A stretch of DNA of 64,000 nucleotides from positions 6,014,001 through 6,078,000 of the forward strand of contig OX597825.1 of the NCBI GenBank assembly GCA_951406725.2, in the 5' to 3' direction. The stretch comes from Octopus vulgaris. Lineage: Eukaryota. The first letter of the stretch is position 1, and every line of letters begins with the position of its first letter. Below, piece by piece: positions 54,902 through 64,000 of the stretch. Below the pieces are notes generated by a model. It did no database searches, was not told the origin of the DNA, and saw only the letters and a list, made by a program, of their open reading frames with translations. The translations under genes were made by a program, and so were the position numbers.

Positions 54902-55182
54902 TATATGTATATACATATATATATGTGTGTGTATATATATGTATGTGTGTGTATATATGTGCGCGTATATATATATATATGTATATATATATATACACAC
55001 ACACACATATATATGTGTATATATAAATGAGACATTAACAAGAATGTCTCACGGCCTCTTCAGAGAATATATACGTACATATATATATGTATACACATAC
55101 ACATATATATATACACGCACACACATATATATACAACCCGCACACACATATATATACACACATATATATACAACCTGCGGCC

Positions 55183-55213
<31 letters not shown>

Positions 55214-55247
55214 CACATATATATATGTGTGTATGTATATATATATG

Positions 55248-55329
<82 letters not shown>

Positions 55330-55389
55330 TGTATATACATATATATATGTGTGTGTATATATATGTATGTGTGTGTATATATGTGCGCG

Positions 55390-55421
<32 letters not shown>

Positions 55422-55814
55422 CACACACACACATATATGTGTATATATAAATGAGACATTAACAAGAATGTCTCACGGCCTCTTCAGAGAATATATACGT
55501 ACATATATATATGTATACACATACACATATATATATATATATACACGCACACACATATATATACAACCCGCGGCCATTGGAGTCCGATTAAGCGCTCAAC
55601 GGATTCGAACCCATTCGCCACTCTATAACCGGAAATATAATTTAACTTCCAATAAATAAAACGTTTAGAGTGTTATAATAATAATTATTATTATAATAAT
55701 TATTATTATTTACCCCGGGTCCGTGATCCTCTGACGAAGCAGATAAGACAAGATAAGACGAAGCCTGAGAGTTTTGGAAGTAAAATGTAAATAAAGATAT
55801 TCTTCTTCTTTTAC

Positions 55815-55934
55815 CTTTTCGACTTCTTCTTTTAGATTTCCCGGTGACTGTGTTCGCCAGCGACAGAATGTCTTTGTAATCTAATTGGTTTAGTAGATTA
55901 CGGCAATCTTTTTCTCCGCTTCTGTGAAATTCAT
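55815..55934 (-). pseudogene. C3orf38: C3orf38-like copy B, exon 1 (120 bp, apparent -1 frameshift in an A5 run)
   Basis: As assembled it reads MNFTEAEKKIAVIY*. Adding one A gives MNFTEAEKKDCRNLLNQLDYKDILSLANTVTGKSKRRSRK followed by G|gtaaaa in phase 1. Confidence 0.85.
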
Positions 55935-56445
55935 TGCTGCTCTTTGAATTCCTTCAACTGAGAAACGGCAACATTCCAAAGTGAAAGCAAATACACCCGG
56001 AAATACTTCCAAGAAGCTGGTTGGTAAGGGGGGGGTAACTCGAGATGAAAGATTGCGTTAGCCACCAGGTGACGTCGTTTAGGTTGGAGAAAACATCACG
56101 GACCAAAGGCAGGAGGAGTTGGCAGAATCGTTAGCGCGCCGGACGAAATGCTGAGCGGTATTTCGTCTACCACTACGTTCCGAGTTCAAATTCCGCCGAG
56201 GTCGACTTTGCCTTTCATCCTTTCGGGGTCGATTAAATAAATACCAGTTACGCACTGGGGTCGATGTAATCGACTGAATCCGTTTGTCTGTCCTTGTTTG
56301 TCCCCTCTATGTTTAGCCCCTTGTGGGTAGTAAAAGAAATAGGTATTTCGTCTGCCGTTACGTTCTGAGTTCAAATTCCGCCGAGGTCGACTTTGCCTTT
56401 CATCCTTTCGGTGTCGATTAAATAAATACCAGTTACGCATGTATG

Positions 56446-56477
<32 letters not shown>

Positions 56478-57878
56478 GAGGTGCAATGGCCCAGTGGTTA
56501 GGGCAGCAGGATCGCGGTTTCGATTCCCAGACCGGGCATTGTGAGTGTTTATTGAGCGAAAATACCTAAAGCCCCACGAGGTTCCGGCAGGGGGTGGTGG
56601 CGATCCCTGCTGTACTCTTTCGCCACAACTTTCTCTCACTCTTTCTTCTGTTGGCCTGCTCGCTTAGCCAGCAGGGTGGCGTCATTTGAAGGCTAAAACA
56701 ATGCGAAGCGCATTGTGACCAGCGATGTGTAGCAACATCTGATAGCCTGGTCGGTCACGGTGATATATATATACACACACACATATATATATATATATAT
56801 ACACATACACACATATACATATAATAGGTAGTCCATCAGTGCCTGATGATGACAAAATCTGTGTTCTCAGCAATGAGAGTGGTCATGACCCTGCAGTACA
56901 AATCTGGAGGCACACTGGCGCCCACGGATGTCACAACAATAGTCTGTTGACTTGATTGAGGCAGATACTGCCCTGTGATGTCGTTTTCTTGCAGCATCAA
57001 GATTCTGTTACCGATCCTCTTCAAAAGCAGCTGCTGCTGTTGCAGTTGAGCGAACGGTCTTCGTCCCAGAGCTTGCAAGATGGGAGAAGTCCGAAACGTG
57101 GTCCTTTGCTATTCGTAAGACCCGCAGAAGAGAAAGCAGGTTAACCCCCGACACCGAGAGCATTGACGGATGGATGAATGCACATCCAGGCACAGCGGTT
57201 GCGTAGGAAGTCGGGGACAAGAAACAGGGAGAAAGTTGTGGCGAAAGAGTACAACAGGGGTCACTACCACCCCCTTCCAGAGCCTCGTGGAGCTTTACGT
57301 ATTTTCGCTCAATAAACACACACAACGCCTAGTCTGGGAATCGAAACCGCGAGTCCGCTGCCCTAACCATTGGGCCATTGTGCCTCCACGGCAGCTGATG
57401 CTCATGCGATGAGAGACCTCCACACTGATCTGTCGACAGCAGAGGCTTCAAGTTCATCTGCTCCAATGCTTCTCCATTTGAGGTTACTTTTCAAAGTGTC
57501 TTTGTACCTCGGTTTAGGTTTTCCTCATTTTGCATGAGCCCTGCATGAGCTCAACACACAACCGCTGCCTGGGTGACACGGTTGTCAGTCATTCTGATGA
57601 CATGGCCAGTCCAGCGTCGCTGAGCCTTCAGCAACATTGACTCAGTACCTCTTGATTCGTCACACTGTCCTGCCAGCAAATGCCCATCATCCCGTGCAGT
57701 GCCCTTGTCTGAGATTGTTCCAGCTATTTGATGTGTCAACAGTATGGGGTCCATACTAGCGCCTAGCCCCACCCACAAGATACTAACCCTCCCTGAATGC
57801 TCCAAGGGGATATAAAAAGGAACGAACAAAAAGGCATCGGAGGGGCGATGCATATCCGACGCTCACACAAGGATAAAA

Positions 57879-58257
57879 TCTCTATATATAAAAGAGAGGT
57901 TGTGTGTCTGTCTCCTACGATTTAGATTCCTAACTACTCCCATATTTTGCGGTGCAGTTTAACCAAAACCGGGTATCTTATAGTCGTGATTCATATCGAG
58001 CCCTTCTGGGTATTAGCGCGCGTCTACGATGAGTCTACGATGAGTCTACGATTTTAAAAAATTTACCATTTTAATGCATTTTTCGCTATTATATAAGGGA
58101 AGTAACTCTCTTAAAATGTCAACGATTTAAAAAAATTTACCATCATTTTTTTCCATTTTTAATACATTTTTTTGCTATTTATTTGTTATAACTCTCTAAA
58201 AATGCTTATATAGTTATTTCCCTTAGAAACCCGAGCAACGCTGGGCGATACTGCTAG
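57879..58257 (+). mobile_element. non-autonomous Helitron, present in unit B and absent from A
   Basis: 5' TC, subterminal hairpin cccgagcaacgctggg, 3' CTAG, inserted between A and T with no TSD. The empty site in A is ggacaaaa|taaaatat at about 43398. Confidence 0.88.
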
Positions 58258-58553
58258 TAAAATATAATTTCATTTAATATATTCTCAGACGAATTCATTT
58301 TTCAACAAAATTACATCAAGAGTTATTTCCCCTGCTTATCATTTATGTCTATGTGACAAAGGTCGGGAAAAAAACATTTTGATTCACTTGTCCGCCAATT
58401 TTGAAAAAATTCAAGCCAAAACAATGAATTCGAGCCACTCACCCAATGAGCATTTCTGCTAAATTTGACGAAAATCCATTCTGTCGTTTTTCAGTGATTT
58501 TGAGAACAGACAGACAGAGACGAGCGACGGCAATATCCTGCTTTCGCTTACGT

Positions 58554-58948
58554 GCAGTATCGCCCGGCGTTGCTCGGGTTTCTAAGGGAAATAACTATAT
58601 AAGCATTTTTAGAGATTTATAGCCAAAAAGTAGCAAAAAAATGCATTAAAAATGGAAAAAAAATTATGGTAAATTTTTTTTTAAATCGTTGACTCATCGT
58701 AGACATTTTTAGAGAGTTACTTCCCTTATATAATAGCGAAAAAATGGATTAAAATGGGAAAAAATGATGGTAAATTATTTTTTAAATCGTAGACTCATCG
58801 TAGCCGCGCGCTAATACCCAGAAGGGCTCGATATGAATCACGATTATAAGATACCCGGATTTGGTTAAACTGCACCGCAAAATGTGGGAGTAGTTAGGAA
58901 TCTAAATCGTAGGAGTCAGACACACAACCTCTCTTTTATATATAGAGA
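58554..58948 (-). mobile_element. second copy of the same Helitron family, inverted (truncated counterpart at about 43703-44045 in A)
   Basis: gcagtatcgcccggcgttgctcggg...cacaacctctcttttatatatagaga is the reverse complement of 57879-58257. Confidence 0.85.
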
Positions 58949-59060
58949 TATATTTTTTTTTACTTGTTTCAGTCATTTGACTGCGACCATGCTGGAGCAC
59001 CGCCTTAGTCGAGCAAATCGACCTCGGGACTTATTCTTTGTAAGCCCAGTACTTATTCTA

Positions 59061-61457
59061 TCGGGGTCGATAAATTAAGTACCAGTTACGCACTGGGGTC
59101 GATGTAATCGACTTAATCCCTTTGTCTGTCCTTGTTTGTCCTCTCTGTGTTTAGCCCCCTGGTGGGTAGTAAAGAAATATATATTGTGCTTACTAACACA
59201 GCGAGTGCATATGAGAGACTATCTCCGGATGAACACAACAGTAAATTTGCCCTTTCACTATGTATCTACACAAAAAATATGGTAAACAGGTGTTTCTATT
59301 TAAAGTTAATTCTGCTTTTTTTGCTGATCACGAATTAATAATGGCAATGTTTCGCTCGCTGCTCTTTATTAACGAAACTGCAGATTGGCCGTTGCATCCA
59401 TATAATTCTTCTTCCTTCGTGTTGTGTTTGAAACAATTTCGAAATCAAAAATGGAAATTGTAAGTATAGCTGATGCCAGTGCCGCCTGACTGGCTCCCGT
59501 GCTGGTGACACGCAATAAACACCATTCATGCGTGGGTCGTTGTCAGTGCCGCGAGACTGGCTCCCCGTGCCGCTGGCACGTAAAACACACCATCCGAACG
59601 TCGTCGATGCCAGTACCCCACTCCGACTTGCTCCTGTGCCAGTGACACGTCAAAAGTACCATCCGAACGTGACCGATGCTAGTGCCGCCTGACTAGCTCC
59701 TGTGTCGGTGGCACGTAAAAAGCACCCACTACAATATCGGAATGGTTGGTGTTAGGAAGGGCATCCAGCTGTAGAAACATTGCCAGATCAGATTGGAGCC
59801 TTGTGCGGCCTCCTGGTTTTCCAGTCCTCAGTCAAACCATCCAACCCATACCAGCATGGAAAACGGACGTTAAATGATGATGATGATGTGGTGAGATGCT
59901 TGATTCTGAGTTCAGTTTCACTTTGCGTGGCACCTTGAGCAAGTATCTTCTACTACAGGCTCAGGCCGACCAAAGTGGGATTTGGTAGACGTAAACTAAA
60001 AGAAGCCCGTCACGTGCACACAAAGGGGAGAAACAAGGACAGACAAACGGATTAAGTCGATTATATCGACCCCAGTGCGTAACTGGTACTTATTTAATCC
60101 ACTCCGAAGGATGAAAGGCAAAGTCGACCTCGGCGGAATTTGAACTCAGAACGTAACGGCAGACGATATACGGCTACGCATTTCGCCTGGCGTGCTAACG
60201 GTTCTGCCAACGCGCCGCCTTCTGTCCATTATTATTATTAAAAGTTTGAAGTTGATGCCGAGATGGCGGAGTTATTTATAAATACCTATCTCTTTACTAC
60301 CCACAAGTGGCTAAACACAGAGAGGACAAACAAGGACAGACAAACGGATTAAGTCGTTTACATCGACCCCAGTGCGTAACTGGTACTTATTTAATCGACC
60401 CCGAAAGGATGAAAGGCAAAGTCGACCTCGGCGGAATTTGAACTCAGAACGTAAAGACAGACGAAATACCGCTAAGAATTTTGCCCGGCGTGCTAACCTT
60501 TCTGCCAGCTCGTCTTAGAAGTGAATATAACACAATAGATGCATGTGGAAATCGTGCCTTTTGGATAACAGTAACTTTGCAGTATTTGTTCTGATTCTTA
60601 ACGTTCTAAGTTCAAATCCCGCCGAGATCGAATTTATATTTAGTTCCTTCCTGATCGATAAAATATGGGACCAGACAAATACTGAGATCGATTAATATCA
60701 CCTGCCCTCTCCTCAAAACAGTCGCGTATGTGTCTATATCAGAAACCATTATTACAAGTTGGAAGACGTGCCTTGCAGTGGCACCTTGCTGGAATATCTT
60801 CTGGCTCTCTGTCTTCTAAGTTCAAATTCCGCTGAATCGACTTTACCGTTCGTCCTTTCCTGGTCGATAAAATAAAGTACATTTGAGCATTGAGATGCCA
60901 CGACTAGAAAGAATAAGCGGAAATCGAAAAAGGATTTTGTAAGGGACATAACTAATTGCATATTAATATTGAATTATTTCCCTTAGATATTTATCAGCAG
61001 AAGCTTGTTGCGTGACGTGATGTTAGTACATCTGTCTCGGCTTCATACGTTGTTCTTTTGCTTTTCTTTTACCTGCTTCAGTAATTTGACTGCGGCCATG
61101 CTGGAGCACCGCCTTTTTAGTCGAAGGAATCGACCCCACGACTTATTCTTTGTAAGCCTGGTACTTATTCTATCGGTCTCTTTTGCCCAACAACTAAGCC
61201 ACGGGAATGTAAACACACCAACGTCGGTTGTCACGCGATGGTGGGAGACAAACACAGACACACAGATATGTACATATATATATATATAATCGCCGTGATA
61301 GATCGGTGGCCACTACACATTTTTTTCTGAGTCCCTTTCTGTAGAAGAGCATAAGCTCGAAACGTAAAAGACTTTTTCTATTCCTGAGCGTTATACTAAT
61401 ACACCTGTTCGTTTCGTACACCACCTGTCTTCGTCCTTTGTTTTTTTCGTAAACTCT

Positions 61458-61502
<45 letters not shown>

Positions 61503-62041
61503 CACGACGGGCTTCTTTCAGTTTTCGTCTACCAAATCCACTCACAGCTATAGTAGAAGACACTTGCCCGAGGTGCCACGCAGTGGGACTGACCCCGGAA
61601 CCGTGTGGTTTGGAAGCAAGCTTCTTACCACACAGCCTCCACAAAAACATATCAGGCCATGGGAAATACTACCTTGCTTGAAAATAAATGAAGGTTGATG
61701 ACAGGAACAACATGTGACTTAGAAAATCTTCCTCAATAAATTCCGTCTGATCCATGCAAGCAAGTAAAAAAGAAGACATTAAAATGATGATGATGATGAT
61801 GACGGCAGCATAAAATGGTAGATGTATATATATGCAGGCATGGCTGTGTGGTTAAGGAGCTTGCTTCCTAGCTACATGGTTTCGGGTTCAGTCCCACTGC
61901 GTGGCACTTTGGGTAGGTGTCTTCCACTATAGCCCCGAGACGACCGGAGCTTTGTGATTGAATTCGGTAGGTGGAAGTTACTGCCATGTGTGTATGTGTG
62001 CGTATAGCTGCTCAGTGCCTCTCCGAAAGAGAGAGAGAGAG

Positions 62042-62129
<88 letters not shown>

Positions 62130-64000
62130 GTTTGGCTCAACCAGCGTGAGTTTCTCTACATTTCCATGACTTAGCAGTTTGGCAAAAAAGAAACTGATAG
62201 AATATGTATCAGATTTGAAACAAGAACTGGAGCAGTGGCACCATGATCGAAATCCAAAGACTGAAACGAACAGAAGCATAAAAGAATATGAGACTCTGTC
62301 GGGAAAAGTTAGTTCCATCCACAATCTTGCTTGGATTCACCTGTTCTCGGTGTTTAGACGTGGCGACGCTATTAAGAAATTAACTTCTTGACCAGATGGT
62401 CTCAGGTTCGGTTCTACTAAGGAGGTGAGCTGGCAGAATTGTTAGCACGCCGGACGAAATGCTCAGCTGTATTTCGTCTGCCGTTGCGTTCTGAGTTCAA
62501 ATTTTGCCGAGGTCGACTTTGCCTTTCATCCTTTCGGGGTCGATAAATTAAGTACCAGTTACGCACTGGGGTCGATTTTAGCCCCTTGTGGGCAGTAAAG
62601 AAATAGGTTCAGTTCTACTGCACAGTATTTTAAGCAAGTGTCTCCAACAGTATTCCTGCATTAACCTAGAGTAATTTAAGTCAATCTGGAAGACAGAAAC
62701 TGTATGAAGCCTATTGTGTGTGTGTGTGTTCAATCATCGTTGTCGTTGTCATTATCATCATAACCATTTAATGTTTGTCTTCTATGCTAGATGGGTTGAA
62801 ACAGTTTGACAGCATCCCACTCCAATGCCTGCTTTGGTATGATTTCTGTGGCTGGATATTCGGGACTAATGCAGTTTCGCACCTCTCCTCGAAAAATGCA
62901 TTTTTTTCGAAAAGATATTTTTCAGATTCCTGTTTTACATGTCGGAGATTACAAATATACAAAAAAAAAATTTTTTTCGTGTGGATTTAATTTCGATTTA
63001 ATTACGATTTGCATATGTTAGTCAGTTCACTATGATCTCTTTAAAGTAAACAAAATCAAAATTTTTAGGTGGGGGTAAAATTTTGAAAATTTCTTTTTTT
63101 GCATATTCGCTTGTAATCTACAATATCTAAAACGTAAGAATCAGAAAATTTTTTTTTTTTTAAAGTGCATTTTTCAAGGAGAGGTGGGTTGTCAACTAAA
63201 GGTGACGCTCTTATAGAAGACTGTGTTGCTGTTGTTTTTAGCCCCAGGAAGACATTCAGGTCTATCTCTTTATACACCTATCTATATATTGAATTTAAAA
63301 TTTAGAAAACTTGGATTCTTGCATATCTGGAATCTCCATCATCTAAAACACAGCGGAAAAAATATTTCGAAAAAGTTCTAAATTTCAGGGTGGGGGTTGG
63401 AGGGGAGTTGAATTTTTTTTTTTTTTTTCATATTCATAATCTCTAACATCTAACGTAGGAATCTGCAAACAAAAATTTTCAAAAAAATGCATTTTTCAAA
63501 GAGGTGCAAAGCTGCATTAGCCCCGGATATTCTTTCCGACTTTACAGAAGGTAATGGATACTTGTTTTTTATTTTTTTTTTTTCATAGTACCATCACTGG
63601 TGAAGTTTCCAAGTAACTTGGAAGACAAGGAAAAAGTCCCTTTAATTGAGTAGAACTGTGGTAAAGAAAGAGTTCACTTTATGCTACATGTCGAGAGGGA
63701 CAGCCACATGGACATCCAGTTGTAAAAAGCATGCCAAAACATACATGAAAATATATCTGGAAATGAGGAAAAATTATCTCTATTGGAAACAGGTGAGTGA
63801 GTGTAAATGACAGGAAAGGTATCTCATCATCATCATCATCGTTTAACGTCCATTTTCCATGGTAACACGGGTTGGACGGTTCGACCGGGGTCGGGAAGCT
63901 GGGAGGCTGCACCCACCAGGCTCCAGTCTGATCTGGCAGTGTTTCTACAGCTGGATGCCCTTCCTAACGCCAACCACTCCGTGAGTGTAGTGGGTGCTTT
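59061..64000 (+). repeat. tandem segmental duplication unit C (partial, runs off the window)
   Basis: Colinear with A 30310-34970 and B 44071-48830. Confidence 0.97.
62862..63524. mobile_element. MITE with TSD GGATATTC (unit C copy)
   Basis: Same TIRs and TSD as the A and B copies. Confidence 0.85.

Overview
Eukaryotic, AT-rich, extremely repeat-dense DNA. The SINE families and the (TA)n/(CA)n/(TAA)n/(CATA)n load suggest an octopus (coleoid cephalopod); this is an inference. Almost all ORFs in the supplied track are microsatellite or SINE artefacts. Positions 1-30.3 kb hold a dead mariner, R4/Dong-type LINE fragments sitting in (TAA)n, CR1/L2 and Penelope fragments, hammerhead-ribozyme motifs, tRNA-derived SINEs and a tRNA-Ile pseudogene. 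From about 30.3 kb to the end is a recent head-to-tail tandem array of ~14-15 kb units (A 30310-44070, B 44071-59060, C 59061 to beyond the window). Units A and B each carry a 3-exon minus-strand homolog of C3orf38 (DUF4518). The main observation, from by-eye alignment, is that the introns of the two copies are about 98% identical while exons 1 and 3 are several-fold more divergent and the changes in all three exons are overwhelmingly non-synonymous. Some changes fall at alternating positions of a predicted beta-strand, which suggests diversifying selection on a gene family not known to me as fast-evolving. As assembled, both copies carry lesions: a TAG plus a C-terminal frameshift in A, and a 1-bp homopolymer frameshift in B. 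All counts were done manually and no database searches were run.
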